64,000 nt of DNA from an uncultured delta proteobacterium (GTDB lineage: Bacteria; Desulfobacterota; WTBG01; CAIYCZ01), in NCBI GenBank assembly GCA_963803975.1, contig CAWDOY010000003.1, positions 160,001 to 224,000 of the forward strand. Direction: 5' to 3'. The notes beneath the pieces are model-generated. The model was not told the DNA's origin and ran no database searches. It saw only the letters and a list, made by a program, of their open reading frames with translations. Positions within the stretch are counted from its first letter, which is position 1. The number at the start of each line of letters is the position of its first letter. Below, one piece after another: positions 9,853 through 19,879 of the stretch. The position numbers were made by a program, and so were the translations under genes.

Positions 9853-10440
9853 ATGGACATTTTAGCAATCTGTGGAAGTCCCAGAAAACATAAAACTACT
9901 CACAGCGTGCTGGAGGCGGTACTGTCTGGAGCAGGCAGGCCATATGAAATACTGTGGCCTGCTTTTATGAAGATTGGCCACTGCATAAGCTGTCAAAAGT
10001 GTAAGTACAAAACACCTGGCGAATGCTGGCAGGACGATGACATGAAAGTGGCCATCGAAAAAATGTTTGCAGCCAGAGCGCTTATAATAGCATCTCCCAC
10101 TTATTTTGGTAATGTACCAGGCCCCTTAAAGAACTTTATCGATAGAACCATCCCTACCTGCTATACCGGCAAGGGAGACACTTGGATGGGAGCAGAGAAC
10201 CACGGGAAACGGCCTTTTAAGGGGCAACTCGGCATGATTGTTGTCGTGTCGGGTGGTGCTGACCAGGAGAAAACAGCAGCTAATCTGCGCCTGGTATTTG
10301 ATTATTATGAATATGCTGTGATTGGAGAATTTGCCGAGAGCATGGGTGGGATTATTGTCAGCAAACAAGAATACCCGGATATCTATACCAGGCTTTTTGC
10401 TCTTGGCAAAATACTTGATGAAGCCCTGAAAACAAGGTAA
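9853..10440 (+). CDS. Iron-sulfur flavoprotein / flavodoxin-like FMN reductase family
   Basis: ICGSPRK, compact Cys motif CISCQKCKYKTPGEC, and ASPTYFGNVPGPLKNFIDR. Confidence 0.9.
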   Translation: MDILAICGSPRKHKTTHSVLEAVLSGAGRPYEILWPAFMKIGHCISCQKCKYKTPGECWQDDDMKVAIEKMFAARALIIASPTYFGNVPGPLKNFIDRTIPTCYTGKGDTWMGAENHGKRPFKGQLGMIVVVSGGADQEKTAANLRLVFDYYEYAVIGEFAESMGGIIVSKQEYPDIYTRLFALGKILDEALKTR

Positions 10441-10449
10441 TATACGAAC

Positions 10450-11562
10450 ATGACAATAGAAGGGATAAATTCCAAAACAGGGATAATCATGATTGGCCAT
10501 GGAGAGCCGGAAGTCTTTGAAGAAGAACTGTGGGCTGAAGCGCTGCATGAAATGTTTGAGGAGTTAAAGAGAACCGGTATCGAAGCTCCTTCTGATGAAG
10601 CCATTCCCCTGATGCTGCCCATAATAGAGGGAAAATATGCAGCCATAGGGGGCAGATCAAGACATAATGAGATCATTGGCAAGCAAAGCGAACTAATAGC
10701 CCGGACGTTGCATGAACACGTAGTCAGTTATGGATTCAATGAATTCACCAGCCCGCATTTTACGGCCGTTACCGAGCAGATGATACGTGAAGGAATAACC
10801 AGGATGGTGTTTGTTCCCATGCTGATGACAGATTCCTCGCATACGCAGGAGATAAAAAATAAAATTGAATGCATGAATCTGCAAGAACAGGGTGTTACCT
10901 GGGTTATGAGTAAGCCACTCTTTTATAGACCGGAACCAATACAACTGGTAATAAATAAAATTATGCGAGCTGCGGGAAACATTCCGCCAGATAAAACAGG
11001 CATACTACTCGTTTCCCATGGAGAACCGGATCAGTGGGCTTTATCGTCCACTATACATACCAAATGCAATGAGCAGGAGAAAGCGTTTGCTTTGAGTGTA
11101 AAAAAGGGGCTTATTGAGAGAGGCTTCCCAGGGGAGAATATCGTGCGGGCATTTAATGAATTCACCCATCCTGAAATAGCAGAAGCGGCTGAAGGACTGG
11201 CGCATAAAAAAGTCAAAAAGATTATTGCCGCAGCCACCTTTGGCAATACTGACTGTATCCATGTAAACTATGACATACCGGCAAAACTAATAGAATCTAT
11301 TGATAACGCAGCCGTAGAGATTGTTTGTCTTGATGGGTGGAATGAAGATCCTCTGCTGATTACCGCATATTGCGAACTGATCAAGGAATCGCTGCTACTG
11401 CTATCTGAAAACCAGATTGAAGGTTGCTACCTGTCGAAGGGGGGTAGCAGCGTCTGCAGTCAGAATGCAAACAATCATTACAGAGCAATAATAAAGCGTC
11501 TGGCTGCTGCTCGCATAGGGGCACATGTCTCTTTATCCCTGACCATAGAGCCGTACGACTAA
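10450..11562 (+). CDS. Class II chelatase-like protein (two CbiX/SirB-type domains), cytoplasmic paralog of 4745..5785
   Basis: IGHGEPE...YAAIGGRSRH...DSSH, SKPLFYRPEP and VSHGEP...CIHVNYDIP, with no signal peptide. Confidence 0.78.
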   Translation: MTIEGINSKTGIIMIGHGEPEVFEEELWAEALHEMFEELKRTGIEAPSDEAIPLMLPIIEGKYAAIGGRSRHNEIIGKQSELIARTLHEHVVSYGFNEFTSPHFTAVTEQMIREGITRMVFVPMLMTDSSHTQEIKNKIECMNLQEQGVTWVMSKPLFYRPEPIQLVINKIMRAAGNIPPDKTGILLVSHGEPDQWALSSTIHTKCNEQEKAFALSVKKGLIERGFPGENIVRAFNEFTHPEIAEAAEGLAHKKVKKIIAAATFGNTDCIHVNYDIPAKLIESIDNAAVEIVCLDGWNEDPLLITAYCELIKESLLLLSENQIEGCYLSKGGSSVCSQNANNHYRAIIKRLAAARIGAHVSLSLTIEPYD

Positions 11563-12871
11563 AAAATTACCTGAGATACGCATATTTCATCCGGCAGAGG
11601 AACGCTTCTTCCCATGGTATCCTCCCCGTAATTAACTTCAGCAAGCAGCTTGAGATCGTGGAGTGTTTTTTTATCTCCCCGGAACTCAACTGCCGTGATA
11701 CCCTCCTTTTTTATGATTCCAGCAGCCCACATCATGTCAATGACACTCGCGGCATCGAACTCTTTATTGCTTACTACCATGGTTGTTTTAGTGCCGTAGT
11801 TGTTTACTGCTTTAGCCACAAGGGTTGATGGTCTAAGATGAAAGCCAAGTCCCTGGGGTACATTAAGCGTGATGGAATCAACAACGGTATATTTTGTGAC
11901 AATAGATTCAGCCAGCGTCAGGCCGTCTTTTATAAACAGGGTGTAGTAATAAAGAGCAAAATTAATAATGGTATTGAGCACTTCTTTTCTGCTGACAATT
12001 TTTTCAATGCGCTTCATGGTGCTTTCAGCCCGCACTTTGGTTTCATGCCGTTCAACAAAATGACAGAGGCCCTGGGCGATTTCCAGAAAATGGAGGGTAA
12101 TGGAAATATAGCCGCGTAAACTTTTCAGCGATTCGTCCTTCAATTCAACCGGCGTTTTATGAATATAGGTATCATACATTGACTGCAGACTGTGCATTTT
12201 AGCTTCGATATGACGCAGGATGTCTTCATTGATTTTTGCCGGTATGAGTTTTTCTATATTTTTATCAGTGATTTTTTTCTCGAACAATAAGATGTTCCGA
12301 AGCTTTTATAACGGCAAGAAATTCAGCGGCAACGCGGGTAACATTTTCATTAATTTCATGCACCGTCTCCTCGTCAATCGTGTGGGGCAGGATCTTTAAC
12401 GATCAGATTTTCTTCCACATCTTCTTCATTAAGCACGCAGGATGGGATGCTCAAGTGGTTAAATAGTTCAGCCTCTTTTTTAAGACTGGAAAAGAGGGAT
12501 ATGATGGACTCATTCAGGAACTGCACTATCAACTGGGCATCCTGAATAAAGGAAGTCTCATGTTTATTGTTCAGGCGGTACAGAGTGATGCGGCGCAGTA
12601 TATGGCTGATTATATAGGCAACGTTTGCAAAGTTGCGGATAGAAGCGACAAGTTCACCAAAATAGACCCAGGTTTTGTTGTTGCGCGCCCCATGGTCATC
12701 GAGCAGGTCTTCTAAATCCGTTGCTTCCTTAATCAGTATCCCATACAGCTTTTTGTTGAGCTTGTGGGTATTATCAAGCAAACAGGATGACAGAATAAGC
12801 ATTTTACGGGCTGCTTTTTGTGCAATGCCCAGAAACTCTTCTTCCTTTATTATTTCAAGCAGTGATTCCAT
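11559..12871 (-). CDS. Long protein with C-terminal HPr phosphocarrier domain; frameshifts near 12398, 12290 and 11582
   Basis: HPr motif GFHLRPSTLVAK...FDAASVIDMM. ORFs 12374..12871 and 11559..12287 are bridged by an open intermediate frame (KILPHTIDEETVHEINENVTRVAAEFL). Confidence 0.7.
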
Positions 12872-12911
12872 ATTTCCCCTGTTTGTGTCTCAAGACCAAT
12901 GGTAGATGGTT

Positions 12912-14562
12912 CTAATCGTTAATGGTATCAGGCTCCTGGCTCATGAAAATGTGAAAAGGCCAGGGGATAAGGGCCGCATTCAGCTCTAAGGAATCATCAA
13001 CCGCAGGGTTGATATTTTTTCTTATACAGGGAAGATAGCCGGGCGCTGCAATAGTAATGTCAGTTTTGCAGACCGGAAGATCCAAAGTATAGAATCCCTC
13101 TGTATCTGTTTTAGAAAGCGCACCATAGCCGGTGCTGACGACAACAGCTTCAATTGGCTTCCCGGTAAAGATATTGTGTACTGCTCCGTGAACAGTTCCC
13201 ATGCCAGCAGCTTCAAGTAAAACATCCTGCTCCAGTATGTTATCACCAGACACGACAATATCAGCTTGTGCTCCGGAGAGGTAACAAGGGTGCGACACGT
13301 TGACGGTATGGCTGCCGGGCTCTATATCTTTCAGCATATATCTGCCATCAGAAGAGCTGATGCAGGAAACTGCAGGATCTTCCTTCAGGGTTACTATGGC
13401 CCCCTTAATGCCACAGCCGTTATGGCGGTCCCGGATGAAACCTGAAATAATTCCCAGAGGCTGCATTGAAAAATTGAGAGTGGTCACCGTCCCCTTGCCT
13501 ATTGATACGGATTTCAATATTGGCAGCAAACCCTGCCGTGAGGCAAACAGGGTCAGTCGTACAGATGCTCGAGTATAATTTATAGGTTCCGTCTTGAGTG
13601 CTGAAACTGGCTGCGCCATTATCCGCCTCTACGCGCACACCCGATAGCGGAGCTCCGGTATCACGATTGGTAATTAACCCCCGGATGAGTCCGGTACCAT
13701 TTGTTGTGGGGATGAGAGAGAAATCATAGGTTTTTACAGAAAAAGGGCTGAGAAAAAAGGTTTGACTGCTGAACTGATAACCATCAGCGCTGACGATCAG
13801 GGTAGACAGTCCAAGAGGGGTATCTATGGAATAGAATCCATCACTGCTTGCGGAGATTTCGCCGGCATTTGAAATAATAATAGCGTCATTTATCCGTATG
13901 CCGGTGCAGGCATCCTTGATGATACCTTTAACCGCGATGCGAGCAGCAGGAGCTGTATTGAGTTCAACATTAAGATTGGTTGTAACATAGGGGTATAGGG
14001 GATATTTTTTAACTTGTTTACTGGTAAACCCGTCTGCAGAAAAAGTAATGGTAACCACGCCTGAGGGGGAAGGCAACCTGAAACTGCCGTCCCTGCCGCT
14101 TGAAATGGTTGCGCCGCCAAGGTCCGTTGTGATCAGTGCCCCCTGAATACCCTCTCCGTTAGAAGAGCGAACTATATGACCCTCAACATAGCCAACCGGG
14201 GTGGAAGCGGGTGTAATGCCGAAATCGACCTGTGCAATGTTTCCGGGAGTAGCGGGAATACCTGATAAGAGATTTGCCGAAGAGTCAGGCGCAGTTGCGA
14301 TTAACGTATAGATGCTGGGAGGAACGCGTAACACATACGCCCCGTTTGACGAGGCGGTTGAAACTCCATTTGCCGTTGTAATGGTTGCACCGGTTACCAG
14401 CGTACTGCTAAACGTGTTAAATATGGTGCCTTTGATAAATGCGGGCTGAATAGCATGTGCGGGGATAGCTGAAAAGGGCAGAGAAAACAGAGAGAACAGT
14501 AAAAGCGCAAGTATCATAACTGCCGGAATGCAGTTCGACGGTGGGGTGCTTCTATTTTTCAA
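12912..14562 (-). CDS. Exported protein of tandem carboxypeptidase-regulatory-like (Cna-B-type) beta-sandwich repeats; frameshifted near 13500-13560
   Basis: Signal peptide and repeated GxIxGxIx...G.PI.GA.V...G.Y.L....G..T....A.GY units across ORFs 13420..14631 and 12912..13619. The start is approximate. Confidence 0.7.
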
Positions 14563-15038
14563 CAAAAACCCGGTGTCCACTAAAGGGCAGTAGATCGCCT
14601 GCCTTAAGATTATATTTTCTGATAATTTCATTATCGAGCGATACTTTTTCCCCGCTGATGGTGATATAATATTTACGCATCGGTATTACCATCGCTTTAC
14701 GAGCGGGCTTTTTTGATGGCTTTTTTATTGCTCTGACCTGTTTTTTTACCGGTTTCTGCTTTGTCTTGGTTTTGGCTGCTGCGGCAGTGCTGCTTTTTTG
14801 CCTGGTGCGAACCTTGCGCTGTACCTTGGTGCGACGGGAGATCAGAGACTTACTTTTTTTTGCTTTCATCAACTGGTTTCTGTTTTAACCTTTTCAGTAG
14901 ATTAATCGGCTTGTGAATAATCTCACATTCCTCTAATTTGTTTTGCCCGTCAGGCAAAAGACCGGAAATATCTTTTACATATTTTTCCTGTTCTGCTAAT
15001 TCCATATGCTCAACTAAACGTTTATCCTTTATATCCAT
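14552..15038 (-). CDS. Lys/Arg-rich hypothetical protein (two ORFs, probably one gene split at an A8 run)
   Basis: ORFs 14850..15038 and 14552..14872 fuse if A8 near 14854-14861 is A7. A GGAGAGGA Shine-Dalgarno-like sequence precedes 15038. Confidence 0.5.
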
Positions 15039-15110
15039 GGCAACTCATTCCTCTCCCAAATTACTGTATGGCGGGGTTTCAAGACATTTTATTTTAAAAA
15101 ACCATTATGG

Positions 15111-15491
15111 TTATGAAACACCGCTTATCAGGGAATCCCGTATCTGCAGGATCTCTTCCTTTATCTCTTTTAATACCTCCCGGTATTTATGCGGTACAAA
15201 GCCGAGGGGTAACTGTTTCTCTTTATCTTTCTCTTTCTCGTGAATGTTTGAATCTTTCAGTTTTAGCTTTGCCCCGGCAATGGTAAACTTATCCTCATAG
15301 AGCATTTTTTTTATTTTTAGAATTGATTCAACGTCTTTTTTACGGTACAGGCGCTGATTTGATTTTGTCCGGTATGGTTTCACTAACTTGAATTCTGATT
15401 CCCAATAGCGCAAAATGTACGGCTCAACCCCGGTAATCTTGCACACTTCGCCTATTTTAAAGTAGAGCTTATCGGGAATTACTGCTACCAT
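15111..15491 (-). CDS. MerR family transcriptional regulator (ihfA-linked type)
   Basis: [12 protein letters not shown]...[10 protein letters not shown]...QRLYR, in its usual position after ihfA. Confidence 0.92.
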   Translation of the reverse strand: MVAVIPDKLYFKIGEVCKITGVEPYILRYWESEFKLVKPYRTKSNQRLYRKKDVESILKIKKMLYEDKFTIAGAKLKLKDSNIHEKEKDKEKQLPLGFVPHKYREVLKEIKEEILQIRDSLISGVS

Positions 15492-15631
15492 GATATGTCT
15501 GCTCCCGGCGTTTCGTATCTGACTTAGTTATCTTTATATAAATTATTAACTAAGTGCAAGGAAATTATAACAATAATTAGAATTTATATGCAGCTTTATG
15601 GTAACGCTGCTAAATAAAAAATAAAGTTATA

Positions 15632-15907
15632 TTATCTATTTAGGTATTTCTTGAGTACCGGGCTTGCCTTAAAAGTAAGCACACTGCGCGCTGAAATGGC
15701 GATCTCTTCCCCGGTCTGCGGGTTTCTGCCCCGTCTCACCTTCTTTGAACGAACATTAAAATTTCCAAACCCTGATATTTTTACCTTATCGCCGTGCTCA
15801 AGGGAAGATCGGATAATTTCAAAAATAAGCTCAACAATCATTGTTGATTCCTTTTTGGAAAGCCCCACCTTTTCATAAATGTTTGCAATTAAATCTGCCT
15901 TGGTCAT
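15632..15907 (-). CDS. ihfA: Integration host factor subunit alpha
   Basis: MTKADL...VKISGFGNF...RRGRNPQTGEEI, directly after pheT. Confidence 0.95.
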   Translation of the reverse strand: MTKADLIANIYEKVGLSKKESTMIVELIFEIIRSSLEHGDKVKISGFGNFNVRSKKVRRGRNPQTGEEIAISARSVLTFKASPVLKKYLNR

Positions 15908-15932
15908 AAATCAGTGCCCTCCTTGAAATGTG

Positions 15933-18344
15933 TTACCTGAGATCAGCTCCTACCTCTTTGGTTAGGTGTAGGAGAAGCTTTTCCTGGATTTTATTTATTT
16001 CATCATCAGTAAGGTTGCGGCTGTAGGATTGATACTGTATTCGATATGCAAGGCTCTTTTTCCCCGGCGGAATCGTGCCGCCGGAAAAACAATCGAACAG
16101 CAGGATATGCTCAATCAGTTTATTTTTAAATGAAGCAATAGCATTGTGTACCGCCTCTGCGGTTACGCTTTCATCAACTATCAGGGCAACGTCGCGATAA
16201 ATCGCCGGATGGCGGGGCAGTGGGGCAAACTGAGCAGCTTTTCCGGAAACAGAGGAACAGATAAAATCAAAATCAAGATCAAACAGATACGCAGTCCGGT
16301 CAATATTGAATTTTTCCAGCACTTCAGGATGCACCTCGCCAACAAAGCCGGCGTAGAAATCATCGGCTACCAGGGACAGGCAATTGTGCGGATGCATGAA
16401 TGGCTCACGGATATCATGCATAAAACGGATATTTGAAATAGATGCTTTATCAAGAAGCATTTCCACGCAGCCTTTAATGTCAAAAAAGTCCGCCTCGGCC
16501 CGGGGAAAGCTCCAATTTTCCTGAAAACGGAGCCCGCACATCAGACCGCATATCCTTTTCTTTTCAACCGGCAAGGGGCGCGCATGATCAGCAAAAAATA
16601 CGGTGCTGATTTCAAACAGCTTAATGGTATTGTTTTTATGGCGAAGATTATCACCGAGATTGACCAGCAAACTGGGAATCAAAGAAGTGCGGAGAATAGA
16701 CTGACCCTCTGCAAGCGGATTTAAAATAGTAACGTATCTAAGACGCAGGTCGTGCGCCGGAAGATTTAAACGAGGCAGAAGGGCAGGGTCAACAAAGCTG
16801 TAGTTAATAGCTTCATAAAATCCCTGTGATACCATGACATCCCGTGCAAGAGCGGTCAGTGTATGAGAAGCGGCACGGGGTCTCCCTGATATGCGCGCCA
16901 GGGGATATGTTAACGGAATATGCTGATAACCATTGAGGCGGGCTACCTCTTCGATGAGGTCAACAGGCTCCTGGATGTCAACGCGAAATGTAGGCGGGGT
17001 GACCTGCAGTTCGTCTGCACCGGATTTGCTTACCGACATGTGCAGGCGGTTCAGCAATTGTTCAATAACCTCATTGGTACATGATATGCCGATGTGCTTG
17101 CGCGTTTTTGCGGTACTGAGGTTAATTGATGGCGGCGGCGGCAGGGGCAGGGGATAGCAATCAATAATGCCGCGGGAAATATTGCCATTGCATAATTGCG
17201 CAATGAGTGAAGCGGCCCGGTTAAGAGAAGGAATAACGCCCTGTATATCGACCCCTTTTTCAAACCTGAGCGACGCCTCAGTTTTGAGATTTGCTGCCTG
17301 GCTGGTTTTCCTGATGGAAGCGGGCAAAAAGTAGGCACTTTCAAGGAGAATACGGCTGGTTGAAGCATGCACTTCTGAATTTTGTCCTCCCATGATACCT
17401 CCCAGCGCAACCGGACGAGCGCCGTCACAGATCATGAGCGAATCGGAATTCATTATGCGTTCATCACCGTCGAGAGTTATAAAGCGCTCTTTATCAGAGG
17501 CCCTTTTAACAACGATTCTGTGGCCTGACAAAAGATCATAATCGAAGGCATGCAGCGGCTGGCCCCATTCAAGCAAAACATAATTTGTAACATCGACCGC
17601 ATTGTTGATTGAGCGTATCCCTGCTGTTTCAAGCCTCCGGCGCATCCACAGAGGAGAAGGTCCTATGGTTATATCCGAGATGATACGGGCGGTGTAGCGG
17701 GGGCAAAGGTCCGTATCGATAATTTCAACACTGGTGAGCGTTGCAAGGGGTGTCCCGTTCTCCTGCAGGGTAATCTCCGGCATGGTGAAGGGCACGTCAA
17801 GGATCGCAGAAATTTCCCGTGCCATGCCTATAACACTCAGGCAGTCAGGGCGGTTTGGTGCTATGCCCAGCTCAAAGATAGTGTCAACAAGACCGAGCGC
17901 GTGCGCAAACGGTGTACCGGATTTTTGATCAGGGGAAAGTATCATGATCCCTGAGGTATTATTACCCAAAGCAAGTTCCTGTTCTGAACAGAGCATCCCC
18001 TGAGAAAGCTCACCCCGGATTTTTGCTTCCTTTATCTGCATGCCGCTCGGCAGATCTGCTCCCGCCAGAGCCAGGGGCACTTTCTGGCCGATCGTTATAT
18101 TTGATGCGCCGCAGACAACTGAAAAGATCCGTTCACCGGCCTGAACCTGTGTCAATGAGAGCTTGTCTGCCTGAGGATGGGGCTTGATATCAAGAATCTC
18201 GCCCACCACAATATTTTTCCATTCACCGCCGATATGAGTTATCTGTTCCACCTCAATGCCAGCCATGACCAGTTTTTCGGCAAGCGTTTCAGGTGACAGA
18301 TCAAACAATATGAAATCTTTAAGCCAGTTAATGCTGAGGAACAT
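15933..18344 (-). CDS. pheT: Phenylalanine--tRNA ligase beta subunit
   Basis: HPQADKL, VVCGA, PNRPDCLS, GQPLHAFD, DLIEEVARL and KKSLA motifs, 803 aa. Confidence 0.98.
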   Translation of the reverse strand: MFLSINWLKDFILFDLSPETLAEKLVMAGIEVEQITHIGGEWKNIVVGEILDIKPHPQADKLSLTQVQAGERIFSVVCGASNITIGQKVPLALAGADLPSGMQIKEAKIRGELSQGMLCSEQELALGNNTSGIMILSPDQKSGTPFAHALGLVDTIFELGIAPNRPDCLSVIGMAREISAILDVPFTMPEITLQENGTPLATLTSVEIIDTDLCPRYTARIISDITIGPSPLWMRRRLETAGIRSINNAVDVTNYVLLEWGQPLHAFDYDLLSGHRIVVKRASDKERFITLDGDERIMNSDSLMICDGARPVALGGIMGGQNSEVHASTSRILLESAYFLPASIRKTSQAANLKTEASLRFEKGVDIQGVIPSLNRAASLIAQLCNGNISRGIIDCYPLPLPPPPSINLSTAKTRKHIGISCTNEVIEQLLNRLHMSVSKSGADELQVTPPTFRVDIQEPVDLIEEVARLNGYQHIPLTYPLARISGRPRAASHTLTALARDVMVSQGFYEAINYSFVDPALLPRLNLPAHDLRLRYVTILNPLAEGQSILRTSLIPSLLVNLGDNLRHKNNTIKLFEISTVFFADHARPLPVEKKRICGLMCGLRFQENWSFPRAEADFFDIKGCVEMLLDKASISNIRFMHDIREPFMHPHNCLSLVADDFYAGFVGEVHPEVLEKFNIDRTAYLFDLDFDFICSSVSGKAAQFAPLPRHPAIYRDVALIVDESVTAEAVHNAIASFKNKLIEHILLFDCFSGGTIPPGKKSLAYRIQYQSYSRNLTDDEINKIQEKLLLHLTKEVGADLR

Positions 18345-18354
18345 AGGGTGAATG

Positions 18355-19371
18355 CTAGAACTGTGTTAAAAATCTGTAATCGTTTTCAAAAAAGAGCCGG
18401 ATGTCATTTATGCCGAATTTAAGCATGGCGATTCGCTCAATCCCAAGACCAAAAGCAAAACCAGTGACCTTTTCAGGGTCATAGCCGACATTGCGAAACA
18501 CCTGTGGATGCACCATGCCGGAACCAAGAATCTCCAGCCAGCCTGAGTTACCACAGACACGACACCCTTTGCCCCGGCACATCACGCACTGGATGTCAAC
18601 TTCTGCGCTTGGTTCAGTGAAAGGAAAAAAACTCGGGCGGAATCTGAGCCGGGTATCCTCATCAAAAATCTGCTGAACGAAGGTTGTCAAGAGACCTTTT
18701 AAATCGCCAAACGAGATGTTTTCATCAACCATTAAACCTTCGACCTGGTGAAACATGGGCGTATGGGATATATCTGAATCACAGCGGTAGACCTTGCCGG
18801 GGCAGATTATTCTGATCGGCGGCCTGGTTACCTGCATGGTGCGAATCTGTACCGGTGAGGTGTGCGTTCTGAGCAGGGAATCATCTGATATGTAAAAGGT
18901 ATCATGCATGTCCCTTGCCGGGTGGTCTTTAGGAAGGTTGAGCGCTTCAAAATTAAAGAAATCAAGCTCTACCTCGGGCCCCTCTACAATCTCAAAACCA
19001 AGGCGGGTAAATATATCAATTATTTTATCAGCTACAATGGTGACAGGATGTCTGCCTCCCAGGTGCACCTGTCTTCCCGGAAGGGTGACATCTACCGTGT
19101 GTTCGGAGACCTTCAGGTTGCGCACTGCAGCTTGCACCTGGGACAACGCCTGCTCTATCTGTTCCTCCAGCTCGTTCTTGAAGGCGTTAATGAGCGCTCC
19201 AACTGCAGCACGTTCACCCTGTGGTACATTTTTAAGCAGCTTTATCAGCTGGGTCAGGGACCCGTTACGGCCGAGATAGCGGCTTTTAAACTGATATATA
19301 TCAGTTTCATTTAACAGGTTTGTTAATTCCAGCTGGCTTTGTCTTTTTAGCTTTTCGATTTCTTCTTGCAT
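18355..19371 (-). CDS. pheS: Phenylalanine--tRNA ligase alpha subunit
   Basis: HPARDMHDTF, LLRTHTSPVQ, FRPSFFPFTEPS and GFAFGLGIER. Confidence 0.98.
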   Translation of the reverse strand: MQEEIEKLKRQSQLELTNLLNETDIYQFKSRYLGRNGSLTQLIKLLKNVPQGERAAVGALINAFKNELEEQIEQALSQVQAAVRNLKVSEHTVDVTLPGRQVHLGGRHPVTIVADKIIDIFTRLGFEIVEGPEVELDFFNFEALNLPKDHPARDMHDTFYISDDSLLRTHTSPVQIRTMQVTRPPIRIICPGKVYRCDSDISHTPMFHQVEGLMVDENISFGDLKGLLTTFVQQIFDEDTRLRFRPSFFPFTEPSAEVDIQCVMCRGKGCRVCGNSGWLEILGSGMVHPQVFRNVGYDPEKVTGFAFGLGIERIAMLKFGINDIRLFFENDYRFLTQF

Positions 19372-19501
19372 GGGCTGGTTTCATGCCGTTCTTAAAAGAT
19401 TTTGTGAGCGGCAGAGAGCTTTACCTGTCACATTGTTCTAAGCACCGTGTGCCGGATGTCACCATAATGCTCATGATGCGGCAAATAGACGGTATGTCCC
19501 C

Positions 19502-19879
19502 TTATGCAGCCGCAGGAGCTTTTTGCTGAATATGTTCTTTTACCATGCTGACCAGCTGGGTAAAAGATTGCGGGTCAAAGATGGCCATATCAGCAAGAAT
19601 TTTTCTGTCAATCGTGATATTGGCCAGCTGCAGCCCATGTATGAACTGGCTGTAGTTCATGTCGTTATTTCTTACCGCCGCATTAATGCGGGCAATCCAG
19701 AGGCTCCGGAATTCTCTTTTTCGCACCCGTCGGTCACGATAGGAAAATTTAAGGGCCCGTGCGACAGTTTCGTTGGCGATACGAAACAGTTTGCTGCGGG
19801 GGCCGGTAAAGCCCTTTGCAAGAGCCAGCACTCTTTTTCTTCGTCTTCTCAGCTTAAAACCTCTTTTAACTCGTGGCAT
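19502..19879 (-). CDS. rplT: 50S ribosomal protein L20
   Basis: MPRVKRG...[22 protein letters not shown]...[10 protein letters not shown]. Confidence 0.98.
   Translation of the reverse strand: MPRVKRGFKLRRRRKRVLALAKGFTGPRSKLFRIANETVARALKFSYRDRRVRKREFRSLWIARINAAVRNNDMNYSQFIHGLQLANITIDRKILADMAIFDPQSFTQLVSMVKEHIQQKAPAAA

Noticed and set aside
1638..11562. Canonical coenzyme F430 (cfb) cluster
   Set aside because: CfbD is a single subunit type, whereas this is a heteromeric pair, and no CfbB, CfbC or CfbE homolog is present.
11400..11562. Extra C-terminal domain on the cytoplasmic chelatase
   Set aside because: The paralog ends about 50 aa earlier and the tail does not look like a folded domain; it is probably a lost stop or an indel.
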